A stretch of 64,000 nucleotides of DNA. Origin: an uncultured virus (IMG/VR IMGVR_UViG_3300029922_000018) (taxonomy: Duplodnaviria; Heunggongvirae; Uroviricota; Caudoviricetes). Numbering within the stretch: the stretch's first letter is position 1; the number at the start of each line of letters is the position of its first letter. Below the pieces are notes generated by a model. That model ran no database searches. It was not told the DNA's origin and saw only the letters and a program-made list of their open reading frames with translations. Positions 22,145 through 32,448 of this stretch are shown piece by piece. Made by a program: the position numbers and the translations under genes. The stretch lies in the IMG/VR virus record IMGVR_UViG_3300029922_000018; one strand, written 5' to 3'.

Positions 22145-23023
22145 ATGAAAGACAAAATTCGTAAACGAGTTGAAAAAGAAGCAAATTATTCTGCGGTGTT
22201 TCTCAATGGGAAGACGTTAAGAATTCCATTGGATGCCAAGAAGCCAATTACTGAGTTGGAATACCCGGAGTTCTTGGATTTAAGTTTTGGAAATAAATGT
22301 GAAACTGGAAAATGTAGTTTTTGCTACGCTAAAGGAAATCCAAAAGGTAAACATTATCCGGGTATTGTTAAAAAAATTAATAAATACTTCGGAAACATGA
22401 CAGACAATCAAAGACCATTTCAAGTGGCGATTGGTGGGCAGCAAGAAAGTCTAGAACATCCCGAATTTTGGTCAGCGTGTGAGGCACTTAAAAATTTGAA
22501 TATAGTCCCGAATTATACTACGAATGGAGTATTGGTTGATGATTCTGCATGTGAATTAACTAATAAACATTGTGGTGGACTGGCAATAACCTGCCACCCA
22601 CATTTAGAATCACATTGGAGGAGAGCTATTGATTTAACAATTAAACACAAAATCAAAACTAATATTCATTTTATTGTATCTGATGAATCGTCGATAAATA
22701 CGTTGAGTAAACTATATGATGAATATAAAGGTAAAATTGATTATTTTGTATTACTTCCCCATATGAATGTTGGATATGCAGAAAAAAATCCAAAGACGAT
22801 TGCGTATGATGCTCTTGAAAAATGGGTAGACTCTATAGTAGAATTGAACGATATTGCATTTGGTGCGAACCTACACCCATTTCTTTCAAGAATTAAAAAA
22901 TGGGATATTTCATTATATCCTCCTGAAATATTATCGAAATTTTTGGTGTTTACAGATCCGGTGTCACTTTATAATAGTAGTTTTGACTTGAGCGTCAAAC
23001 TTCAGAGGAACTGGCTTTCCTAA
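22145..23023 (+). CDS. Radical SAM enzyme
   Basis: CETGKCSFCY (Cx4Cx2C variant), AIGG, NYTTNG. Confidence 0.85.
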   Translation: MKDKIRKRVEKEANYSAVFLNGKTLRIPLDAKKPITELEYPEFLDLSFGNKCETGKCSFCYAKGNPKGKHYPGIVKKINKYFGNMTDNQRPFQVAIGGQQESLEHPEFWSACEALKNLNIVPNYTTNGVLVDDSACELTNKHCGGLAITCHPHLESHWRRAIDLTIKHKIKTNIHFIVSDESSINTLSKLYDEYKGKIDYFVLLPHMNVGYAEKNPKTIAYDALEKWVDSIVELNDIAFGANLHPFLSRIKKWDISLYPPEILSKFLVFTDPVSLYNSSFDLSVKLQRNWLS

Positions 23024-23999
23024 ATAACTGTATCTTGGTATATATAGAAGAAATATACTTCTCCATGTGTCGTATAATGGTTATTTCAGAACAATCAAAC
23101 ATCTGCGCCAGTGTCTTAACATCAAAATCGGTCGTGGTGATTGTTTGATATATTTTAACTGACCGCTCTAGCTGCAATAGTCTTAGTTTTGAGGAATATT
23201 TTGCAAACTCATCTTCGACATATCTAAAAGTATAATTATCACTACCATATATCTTACCCCTTAATATTCGCTGTAATATATGTTTTCTAATATTATACTT
23301 TCGATATGTATTTCCAATTCCACGTATCGTTTCGATAAATTCTCCATTTAAAGTAAATACTTTTATGTGTTTTCCAATTGTATCAGTTTTTATTATTGAC
23401 AATAACTTCCTCTGTTCTATAGACATTGGAACTCCTAGTTTATTCGATGGTTTTCCGGTGTTTGCTCGTGAAATTTTATCTTTACTTTCTTGTGACATTT
23501 TACGTCCCATCGATCCACGAGCTTCTTTAATTACGTTGAATAATATTCCGAATTTGTCATATTTTTTTATATACCAAGTTTCCAAATCGTCCTTTTCTAG
23601 TATCGGACATTCCGAAATAATATAAAATCTAAACATATCAATCCCATACTTGTTATATGAATTTTGCAAATATGTATTTGGGTGAGTATTTAGTCTAAGG
23701 TATCTTCTATGGTCATATATGCGTATGTATAAATTAAGTGCCGACCCAATATAGATTTTATTATTTCCCAGACAATGTATCAAATATACGCCGACCTTCT
23801 TTCTATAATAATCTCCCCACATTCCTATAATATCTATCGAGTGCTCGTTTCCTTTCGAGTCTTTTATGTTTATCGTAATAGCGCATTCGCTTGGAGTTGT
23901 TGGCAATTCGCTTTTCTTCAGTTGTGTTGTATTTTTTAATTCTTCCCATAATGTAACATCTTTCTCTTGACTTTGGTTTATTGTTGTGGTATCGTTCAT
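22995..23999 (-). CDS. GIY-YIG homing endonuclease with NUMOD3/NUMOD1-like C-terminus
   Basis: GVYLIHCLGNNKIYIGSA, HPNTYLQNSYNKYG, SQESKDKISRAN. Confidence 0.88.
   Translation of the reverse strand: MNDTTTINQSQEKDVTLWEELKNTTQLKKSELPTTPSECAITINIKDSKGNEHSIDIIGMWGDYYRKKVGVYLIHCLGNNKIYIGSALNLYIRIYDHRRYLRLNTHPNTYLQNSYNKYGIDMFRFYIISECPILEKDDLETWYIKKYDKFGILFNVIKEARGSMGRKMSQESKDKISRANTGKPSNKLGVPMSIEQRKLLSIIKTDTIGKHIKVFTLNGEFIETIRGIGNTYRKYNIRKHILQRILRGKIYGSDNYTFRYVEDEFAKYSSKLRLLQLERSVKIYQTITTTDFDVKTLAQMFDCSEITIIRHMEKYISSIYTKIQLFRKASSSEV
23803..23949 (-). CDS. Overlapping MGRKK-family basic peptide, copy 2 (48 aa)
   Basis: MGRIKKYNTTEEKRIANNSKRMRYYDKHKRLERKRALDRYYRNVGRLL*. Confidence 0.7.
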   Translation of the reverse strand: MGRIKKYNTTEEKRIANNSKRMRYYDKHKRLERKRALDRYYRNVGRLL

Positions 24000-26466
24000 A
24001 CACTATATACATATCATCGACTTTTAGAAAAGTAACAAAAAAGTAACAAATAATTTTAGTTGACTTATTATATGCGTCTGATATACTTTCAATATTATGA
24101 ATACCAAAGAACAAGAACAATTGCAATTAATTGCTGATTTAAGTATTAAAAATAGAAAATATGAAGCAGCATTAAAAAAGATTGCCAAATGGTTCGGTGA
24201 ATTTCCTCGAACGGGTAATTTTATCAATGGACATGAAACTTCCTATGAAGGCGACTATGGTTCTAATGGAGCCAGAGATTACATGAGAGCAATTGCAGAA
24301 CACGCATTAGAATAATATGATTACTCAATCTACAACTTGGAAATATCAATGTGATTCATGTGGCAATCACATAACAACCAATACCAATGGTATTCCTCCA
24401 TATTGGAAACTTATTAGCATATATCCGTTAATAAATAATATGCTGATATATAAAGAATTATTTTGTCCATCATGCTATAAAATGTATAAAGTTGCCAAGG
24501 ACAATATTAAAAAATCAATTAAAGGATAATAATATGTCATATCAAGTTATATCAACCACATTACCCACCGCAAAAAAAGAACATAAATGTATCTGGTGTG
24601 GAGAATCTATTTTAATAAATGAACTCCACGCCAAAGATGTTGGTGTATATGAATGTGATTTCCAAAGTAATAGATATCATATCGAATGTTATAATGCATC
24701 TCATACATATTTCAAAGAAAGTGGTGAAAATTGTTTTGAACCATATGATAATAAGCGTGGGTCTACCGAAGAAAAATCAAATATTAAATTAAACTCTTTA
24801 TTGGAAGAATTGACCGATAAAAATGAAGAATGTAATATTTGTTCGGGTAGTGGTAGTCCCGTATGTGATTGTATGTATAAAGAAAAATGTAACATATGTG
24901 GTAAGAGTTGGAGTCCAAGTCTTATAGAGTCTGGCACTTGTATCTTTTGTATCGTTAAAGAAAAAAACAAAATGATTGACCAACTAATCACGGAACGAAA
25001 TGCCCTTGAAGACTTAAATATAGCATATCAAAAACAATCATGGGATAAAGAAATTACACACATGAAGAATATTTAACACGCCGAAGTTTTTGCACTTGTA
25101 AGTTTGATTTTAGTAAAATTAAACCAGAAAATAGACAATATTATAAGTCAATGCCACCATCAGAATATCCAAAAAATTGAAACTTGTTTTAACATATCAA
25201 ATTACCGACCACTGCTCATATTCATATGATTGTAATATTCCATTTGAATATGAATCAAAAGAAAAGGCAGAATATGATTTACATGAAGAATGGCAACGAG
25301 TTCAAAAAGAAGAATTAGCCGAAACCATATATAAAAAGAAAAACGAACCTAAACAAAATGCCAGTAAAGAAAAATGGAATAGTTATTGGGAGTGGATGCC
25401 AAAAATTAATTATCATATTAAATTAGGAACTATTCCCGATTTAGAAGCATCTTCATTTACGGTTTGGAGAGATTGGGGAGATAAATATCTTAAATCTAAA
25501 GAATATGATGAACCATCAATCTTAACTTTGGACGAATGGTTTAACAAGAATAAAGAATAGGCTATGAATACAAACAAAAAATCATATAAATCCATACTTG
25601 ATAAACTTCTAATTAAAGAATATAATCCATTTTATTATGATTTTTCCGATGAAACCGACCATTGGAATAATATTCTAAATGAACTTGACTCCTTATATGA
25701 TAATACTAAAAAATGGAATAACATTCCAACTTTAAGAAAAAATATTCCTTTAATTATATCTCTCTTAAAAGAGATGGAGCCAGAGATTGTATCAATATAT
25801 AATAAACAACTTGAAGAATATAGTAAAGATGATGAATGAAGATTTAAAATCCGCAATTGAATTGTTGAAAGTGGCAATCTGCCCGAACTGTGATGGTGTT
25901 TGTGGCTGGTATGTGGGAAATAATTGTCAATATTCTACATATGCCTTTCCAGAACAAATCCAAGTTCAATGTCAATGGTGTTATGAGAAGAATGGATTAA
26001 TTAAAAAATATGAGTAAACATCTCAAATGTAAATGGAATATTGATAGTGAGTGGGATGTTCTTTCTAGATGTGGGACATGGCCAGATAATATAGAGGAAC
26101 GCCGTAAATTATATAATCACATAGCAAAATATGCAGAACAAGAAATTAACATTTACCGACCAATTAATATTGATGGGAAATATGATGAACGAATAAAATT
26201 TGAGGAAGATAGACTAAAAAATTTAAAAATTAGTGCCAATATATGAAACCAACTCAAAAGAATCTTGAATGTCTTAAAATGATGGGATGCACTCCCGAAG
26301 GTAAAGATTTGACTGCGTGGTGGAGATTTAATTGTGGATGGGCATTTGTGTTGGATGACATGCCAAGTATCAAAGTATTAATTGCTCGATTGATTAAATG
26401 GCATTATTCATGTGGATATAATGAAGCAAAGGAAGGACATCCTAGATTTTATAAAAATACAGAACT

Positions 26467-26901
26467 ATGAACATATTATATAGTAAAAATAAAAATAACA
26501 TTCCTAGAGAATATGCTCTTTTCCTGGATGATGATGAAAATCGAATTCCTCAGAAATTACATTGGATTGAATTACCATTCGTTCCATATGTCATAGTTCG
26601 TAATTATAATGAATTTGTCGAATGTGTTACTAATCACGGCATTCCGAAAATTATCAGTTACGACCATGATTTAGGAGAAAAATCTTACTCTGAATACCAT
26701 CGTGCCGACCAATCAGATAAAACTATAAATTATAATAATATCCCAGAAAAGACGGGTTATCATGCATGTAAATTTCTAATAGATATATGTATTAAACATA
26801 AAGCGAAACATCCAGAATATTATGTCCATAGCATGAATTATATGGGGAAACAAAATATAATTTCTTACATAGAAAGTTATAATAAATCTATTTTATTATA
26901 G
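26467..26901 (+). CDS. Cyclic-phosphate-processing receiver-like domain protein
   Basis: LFLDD..R.P, ISYDHDLG, KTGY....FL, YVHS.N..G. Confidence 0.75.
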   Translation: MNILYSKNKNNIPREYALFLDDDENRIPQKLHWIELPFVPYVIVRNYNEFVECVTNHGIPKIISYDHDLGEKSYSEYHRADQSDKTINYNNIPEKTGYHACKFLIDICIKHKAKHPEYYVHSMNYMGKQNIISYIESYNKSILL

Positions 26902-27682
26902 TCCATCCATTTGACACTTTAATTCTACCAGTAACCAATCCGGAGGAAACGCCCCTTGATAAATTATACTTCATTCTAAAATCGTATTGTGTCCCTACAA
27001 ATATAACATTTAAGATTTTATTTTGAAACCGGTGTATTATCGGACTTCTGAATTGAATTCCGTGGTGTGTTCTTACTTCTTTAGATTTGAAATAATTATT
27101 AGTTCTTTTACGTGCTATCTCTCTGGCACGTTCATTATTTTTCCAATACTTATTTAATGAACTGGTGCGATGGGATGTTCCTAATGGAGTATGACATCCC
27201 AGCGTTTGTAATTTAGATATCTTAGGATTGTTTTTATAATATAATTTGAGAGAGGCTATCATTTTTAATTTACATTCGCCTGTCAATCCTCCACCAGTCG
27301 CATTCGGATTAATATTGTAGCATTTATCTATATCTCGATTATCTAAATATGTCTGCTCAACTATACGCAACTTAATTAAATCTACTAGTTCAACAATCAC
27401 AAATTCGAACGCATTCTCACCGTGTTTATTCCAAGCCCGCTGTAAATATATATTATGATGGGTATTCTTACGCAGCGAATTTATATGTATATTCCATCTA
27501 CCGCCAATACCAGTAATATTATTGGCACTTCCAACATAATACTTTCCATTAACTTTATTTATTATCTTGTATATTCCGCTTATTTTTTCTTTTACGTTTA
27601 TAATATCGTTTGAGAGCGGCAGAGCGTTCTTCGGCTGCGTGTTCCCAATAATATCGCATTCTCCATTGTTTTTTAAGTTCAT
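26888..27682 (-). CDS. GIY-YIG homing endonuclease
   Basis: SGIYKIINKVNGKYYVGSA, HHNIYLQRAWNKHG, EQTYLD, YNI. Confidence 0.9.
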   Translation of the reverse strand: MNLKNNGECDIIGNTQPKNALPLSNDIINVKEKISGIYKIINKVNGKYYVGSANNITGIGGRWNIHINSLRKNTHHNIYLQRAWNKHGENAFEFVIVELVDLIKLRIVEQTYLDNRDIDKCYNINPNATGGGLTGECKLKMIASLKLYYKNNPKISKLQTLGCHTPLGTSHRTSSLNKYWKNNERAREIARKRTNNYFKSKEVRTHHGIQFRSPIIHRFQNKILNVIFVGTQYDFRMKYNLSRGVSSGLVTGRIKVSNGWTIIK

Positions 27683-27719
27683 GTTTTTCCTGTTCAGTTC
27701 TAAATTTTTTTCTTCCCAT
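27555..27719 (-). CDS. Overlapping MGRKK-family basic peptide, copy 3 (54 aa)
   Basis: MGRKKFRTEQEKHELKKQWRMRYYWEHAAEERSAALKRYYKRKRKNKRNIQDNK*. Confidence 0.7.
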   Translation of the reverse strand: MGRKKFRTEQEKHELKKQWRMRYYWEHAAEERSAALKRYYKRKRKNKRNIQDNK

Positions 27720-27826
27720 AATAGTTGTTATAACCTTTCATATTATAAATATAAACGACTTTATAAATAACTCGAAAATAATACGAAATAATTTTAGTTG
27801 ACATTTAGTTGGAATTTAGTAAGATA

Positions 27827-27892
27827 AACTATATGGGAAAACAAAATATTATATCAGTATTGGAGTCGGCAAAGAAAATCCTTGACAAATAA
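27827..27892 (+). pseudogene. Displaced duplicate 3' end of the receiver-domain gene
   Basis: NYMGKQNIISVLESAKKILDK* matches NYMGKQNIISYIESYNK at 26836-26886. Confidence 0.75.
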
Positions 27893-28159
27893 TTAAAATC
27901 TGATATACTAACTACCTATGAATAATACTACACAATATCGTCGGATTAACAACATTGTTAATAACACTTACGGAACCTTTGTTTCATTGACCACGCCTAA
28001 TTATACGGGAACAGTTAATGTTGTGGCGGTTTCTCAACATTACGTTACAGTTAAACCTGTAAAGGCATCCAACTACGTCAAAATCCACAAGAATTCAATC
28101 TTGGCATTGAAGGGCTTCCGTGGAACTTACAATCGAAAGTTCGCCAAGAAAAACTAATT

Positions 28160-28447
28160 ATGGCGAAATCACTTACTCCACTCGGAAATCGTATTCTGGT
28201 TGAATTGATTGAAATTGTTCAACCTAAAGGTGCAATTATTCGAGTCAATGCTGAGGATGCCGAGCGGGAAGCTAAGGTAATCTCCATTGGAACTGGAATG
28301 GTAGATTTGAACGGGAAGAAGATTCCTATAGGAGTTGAGGTTGGTGATATCGTTCTTATCGGAGCCTATAGCCGCAAAGAAATCAAGTTAAATGATAAAT
28401 CATATTATATGGTTGAACTTGAAAATGTCATTGGAGTCTTAAATTAA
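28160..28447 (+). CDS. groES: Co-chaperonin GroES
   Basis: LTPLGNRILVE, VISIGTG, VEVGDIVL, VIGVL. Confidence 0.9.
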   Translation: MAKSLTPLGNRILVELIEIVQPKGAIIRVNAEDAEREAKVISIGTGMVDLNGKKIPIGVEVGDIVLIGAYSRKEIKLNDKSYYMVELENVIGVLN

Positions 28448-28463
28448 TCTAAGGCTTGGTCGT

Positions 28464-28495
28464 AAACGCCACTATTAATTTAGTGGCGTTTTTTA
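28464..28495 (+). terminator. Rho-independent terminator
   Basis: AAACGCCACTA-ttaatt-TAGTGGCGTTT then T-run. Confidence 0.85.
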
Positions 28496-28534
28496 TTTGA
28501 CATTTAGCGTGGAGTTGATACAATACTTCAAATT

Positions 28535-29008
28535 ATGAATGAATTAATTGTTTGGGTTACGGTATCTCCGCCCGGCGGCGGGAAATCGACGTGGGCTAAA
28601 AATGTAATTGCTGGAAATAAGGATATTGTTCTTATTTGCCCCGATACTATTCGTGGAGAACTTTCAGGAGACGAAAGTAACCAAGCGGTATCTGGTCGTG
28701 CGTTTTCTTTAGCAAGAGAACGAATGGAAGACGCTCTTAAAAATGGAAAGTCGGTAATTATCGATGCGACGAATATGTATAAAAAATCCCGCAAGGACTG
28801 GATTAATATTGCTAAAAAATATAGTGCCAAAGCTATTGCTGTTGTTTTTGAAGTTTCAGAAGCAACTGCAATTGAAAGAAATGCTAAACGTGCTTCCGGA
28901 GGTGGTCGTAATGTTCCAACTCATGTAATTCAAAGTTTCATTTCGAGATATGAACGTCCATCGCAGTCCGAGGGATTTGACGAAGTTAAATTCATTTCTA
29001 AATTATGA
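28535..29008 (+). CDS. P-loop polynucleotide-kinase-like protein (AAA_33)
   Basis: PPGGGKST, D.IR, VIIDATN...R, RN..R...R.VP..VI, EGFD. Confidence 0.85.
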   Translation: MNELIVWVTVSPPGGGKSTWAKNVIAGNKDIVLICPDTIRGELSGDESNQAVSGRAFSLARERMEDALKNGKSVIIDATNMYKKSRKDWINIAKKYSAKAIAVVFEVSEATAIERNAKRASGGGRNVPTHVIQSFISRYERPSQSEGFDEVKFISKL

Positions 29009-29728
29009 AAAAGCTACTAAATCTCCTCATAAAATATGAGAAAAAACACGCACCACGATTACATGAGTCTGGAAGTCTTAGGTTTACTCGTTGGTATAGA
29101 TTGAATCTATATAGCGATGGGTCTGGATTTGTTCAAGATACTTGTGGATATTCAATTGATAATCCACAGGTGTTATTTAGATTTGAAGATGTAGATGAAC
29201 TGGAAAAAATGTTAAAATCATGAGTGAACAGCCAGCTAAACAACCAACAAAGACCTACGGTAAGCTTTCCAAACGAAGAGTGGAAGACCCTAAAAAAGTT
29301 AGAGTGAATTGGGATGAAATTAAGGGATTCAAACCTTCAAAGTTTAAATAAAAAAAGTTTACAAATTATTTATTTCTGATATACTATTAAGATATGAATA
29401 CACCTTTAATTAATACAAATCAACCAACGACAGCACAAGCACCACTTGATATAAGCCTCACCGGAGCCGTTACATGTGAAGTCTGTGGGTGTGGAGCGTT
29501 CCAAGAAGCAGTTATTTTACGTTCTGTATCTGGACTATTATCAGGAACTGGCAAACCGGGCTTCATGCCAGTAACCACGTTTGTATGCAGTGAGGCAGGA
29601 CATGTTAATCAACAATTCCTTCCAAAACAACTACAAGAAGTTAAGATTAAACCTTAAATTTGAAATGTAGACCATGAGTGTGAGAGTATTCTCCACTACA
29701 TAGTTACTAATTATATTGAAAAATATAC

Positions 29729-30013
29729 TTAGTTTTTCTGAACATGAGGAACTATAGGTTCCTTACCTAAAGCATTCCAATAAAATCCCTTGATATTGTT
29801 ATGCTTTAATCGTTCCGAAGTCTTTATTGACTTCAGATTGAAACCTAAATTAGTAGAACTACCAACATAATATTTCCCATTAACCTTATTTATTATCTTG
29901 TATATTCCGCTTATCTTTTCTTTTACGTTTGTAATATCGTTTAAGGGCGTTGACTCTTTCTTGTTTGGCGTGTTTCCAGTAGTATCGCATTCTTTTAATG
30001 TTGTTTCGTTCAT
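29729..30013 (-). pseudogene. Truncated GIY-YIG endonuclease
   Basis: Near-identical to 26888-27682 through GIYKIINKVNGKYYVGS, then unrelated tail lacking catalytic Arg/Glu. Confidence 0.8.
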
Positions 30014-30053
30014 TGATTTCTTCTTTCGTTCGATTTAATTTTTTTCTTCCCAT
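29886..30053 (-). CDS. Overlapping MGRKK-family basic peptide, copy 4 (55 aa)
   Basis: MGRKKLNRTKEEINERNNIKRMRYYWKHAKQERVNALKRYYKRKRKDKRNIQDNK*. Confidence 0.7.
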   Translation of the reverse strand: MGRKKLNRTKEEINERNNIKRMRYYWKHAKQERVNALKRYYKRKRKDKRNIQDNK

Positions 30054-30164
30054 AATGTTTATCGTAACCTTTCATATTATAAATATAAGCAGAAACGAAA
30101 ATAGTAACGAAATAATGAAAAAATATTTGACTTTTTATAAATAGTCGGTATACTATATAAAATT

Positions 30165-30791
30165 ATGAAAAACATTGTAAATAGGTCAACAGTGCTTAAA
30201 CTTAACTCCAACTTTATCGTTACTGATATTGCACCGGTAGGCCGCACAATATGTGACTTGGTTTCGGGGACTGTTAAAGCACTTGATATAAACTATAAGC
30301 TTGATGAATATGGAAATCCCACAAACGAATTAGATTATTTTAATCCAGTTGATTGGGACGTGTGGGCATGTCTTCCGATAAGACCGTGGGATATGGTAAT
30401 TCACTCGAAGAATCTAAATATCAGAATTCCTACGGTGGTAGTTACTAAAAATTATAGTAAGGTTAGATTTAAAAAATTCGAAGGGAAACCGTCGAAGGAA
30501 GGTTTGGGACTTCGTGATGGATTTACGGATGGATTTACGGGACTAGAAATAGATTTGTCCGAGGCGACCATCGAGCACGTCAATCCATTAAGTAGAGGTG
30601 GGACCGATACCTACGACAACACAATTTTAACCACAAAAGCTATCAATAATAGAAAAGGCAATAAAACGGTAGAGGAGGCGGGCCTTCGATTATTTGTAAA
30701 TCCCTACCACCCACGGCCAATTCCGATATCAAATACAGTGCGGAAAGCTCGCCACCAGGACTGGCATTTGTTCATGACCCATAAACATTAA
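30165..30791 (+). CDS. HNH endonuclease family protein (McrA-like) without Zn cysteines
   Basis: VLKLN, IPTVV, RD, TIEHVNPLSRGG..TYDN....IN.RKGNKT.EEAGL. Confidence 0.8.
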   Translation: MKNIVNRSTVLKLNSNFIVTDIAPVGRTICDLVSGTVKALDINYKLDEYGNPTNELDYFNPVDWDVWACLPIRPWDMVIHSKNLNIRIPTVVVTKNYSKVRFKKFEGKPSKEGLGLRDGFTDGFTGLEIDLSEATIEHVNPLSRGGTDTYDNTILTTKAINNRKGNKTVEEAGLRLFVNPYHPRPIPISNTVRKARHQDWHLFMTHKH

Positions 30792-30795
30792 AAAC

Positions 30796-30823
30796 AAATC
30801 CCCGCTTAAAGCGGGGATTTTTT
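30796..30823. terminator. Bidirectional terminator
   Basis: AAATCCCCGCT-TAA-AGCGGGGATTT with flanking A and T runs, between convergent genes. Confidence 0.85.
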
Positions 30824-30825
30824 GT

Positions 30826-31881
30826 TTATGGATATAATTTAAATACGTCGGGTCTAATTGGAGTTAGTCCACTTTCCAGTTCATAATCATATTTACACAT
30901 CAAGTTAATATGTTCTTTAAATGGAATTCTATTTGGCCTCCATCCTAATTTATTTTGAGCCTTGGAAGAGTCGGCTATGAGCCGAACTACTTCGTTTGGA
31001 CGTAATAAATTAGTATCAAATTTTATATATTTTTTCCAGTCCAAATTAAAATACTCAAATGCTATTTGGACATACTCCTCTCCCCAATGAGTTTCTCCAT
31101 TCCCAACCACATAATTCTCCGGCATATCTTGCTGCAACATTTTCCACATTGCCTCACATCCAAAATCACTGAAATGTTCGTCTCTTCCCCAATTCAAATG
31201 TCCAAGCTTCAACTCAGTTGCTTTTCCAGTTGCTATTTTTGCCGCTGTATTGGTAATTTTCCTAACCACAAAATCTTTACTTCGATATGTGTTGCTATGA
31301 TTAAATAAAATCCCATAACAACAAAACAAATTACTGTCCGTCGCCTCTTTATACATATCAATCCATCTTGCCCCAAGTTCTTTCCCAATGGCGTATGGGG
31401 AGCGTGGATGCCACACACATTCCTCATTAAAAGTTCCTTCGTATATTCCACCCACCAATTCACTAGTTCCGGCAAAATAAGTCCTCGTCTTTGGACTATT
31501 ATTTTTCAAACACTCTAAAAAATAATAAACGCTTTGCCCATTAGTTTGGATACTCAGTTCTTTATTTTTAAAAGACTCTCCAACATGGGAATTCGCCGCC
31601 AGAAGATATAACTCGTCAATCCTAGAATGTTTTTTTAAGGTTGATTTTATACATTCATTCACACTACTTTGACATGAAATATCACAAATTTCAAAATATA
31701 ATTCGGAGGTTGGGTATTGTATTAAATCTTCATTAAATATAGATTTTAATGAATGTTCCGTAAAAAATGTATTTCTCCTATATGTTAGGATTACTTTATA
31801 TCCCTTACTTAAAAGTAAGTGGGTTAAAGTCTTACAATCCATTCCGTTGGCTCCAGTTATTAGTGCGATATTATTGCTCAT
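30826..31881 (-). CDS. gmd: GDP-mannose 4,6-dehydratase
   Basis: ALITGANGMD, LAANSHV..SF, TSEL, PRSPYAIGK, GILFNH, FVVRKIT, RPNEV..L. Confidence 0.9.
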   Translation of the reverse strand: MSNNIALITGANGMDCKTLTHLLLSKGYKVILTYRRNTFFTEHSLKSIFNEDLIQYPTSELYFEICDISCQSSVNECIKSTLKKHSRIDELYLLAANSHVGESFKNKELSIQTNGQSVYYFLECLKNNSPKTRTYFAGTSELVGGIYEGTFNEECVWHPRSPYAIGKELGARWIDMYKEATDSNLFCCYGILFNHSNTYRSKDFVVRKITNTAAKIATGKATELKLGHLNWGRDEHFSDFGCEAMWKMLQQDMPENYVVGNGETHWGEEYVQIAFEYFNLDWKKYIKFDTNLLRPNEVVRLIADSSKAQNKLGWRPNRIPFKEHINLMCKYDYELESGLTPIRPDVFKLYP

Positions 31882-32448
31882 ATTGTAACTTATTATATAG
31901 TATTAAATCTAAATGTCAACTATTTTTAATCATATTTCATCACCTTCACCATCGCTTTCACCCGCATCACCACTATCATCACGCAACCCATGAAATTTTT
32001 CAAAGTCTTCTTCGGATAGATTTAAAAGATTGACTAGACTATTTATTATATAGCATAATGTCATAGTATCTAATTTTTGACCCATTATCCCATGAGCCAT
32101 AAATACAATTAATTTATTTATTTCTGGCAAGCGGATATCTTTGGGTAAATTTGATGTATTTTTGCTATCAAATTGGCCACCATCTTTTAAAAGTCCTGGT
32201 ATTGAATAATTATGCATTGCGGTTAGAATATCTTTCTCAACTCTCTGAATGAATAATCTCTTTATCTCCTCGTCAGTCCGACCAGCCTTCTTTTGTTTTT
32301 TAAAATATTTAGCGATGTAATCTTCAGTAATTTTCTTGGCGACACTAAAGCTACTAAGAACTCCCATCTTATTTAATAAATGTATAGGTTGAACGCTCAT
32401 ATATTAATAAATATAAGTCACTACATGTATAATCGGAAATATAATTGT

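Noticed and set aside
30020..30053. Programmed frameshift at the GGA AGA AAA AAA run as the general expression route for the nucleases
   Set aside because: The A-run is broken in several copies (MGRI, MGRN, MGRKP), the +1 frame has TAA right after it in the 30053 copy, and the nucleases have their own ATGs. A later shift site is not excluded.
30516..30540. Tandem GATGGATTTACG x2, and TAACATCATCCATATC x2 near 60369-60417
   Set aside because: Short in-frame coding duplications with no wider structure.
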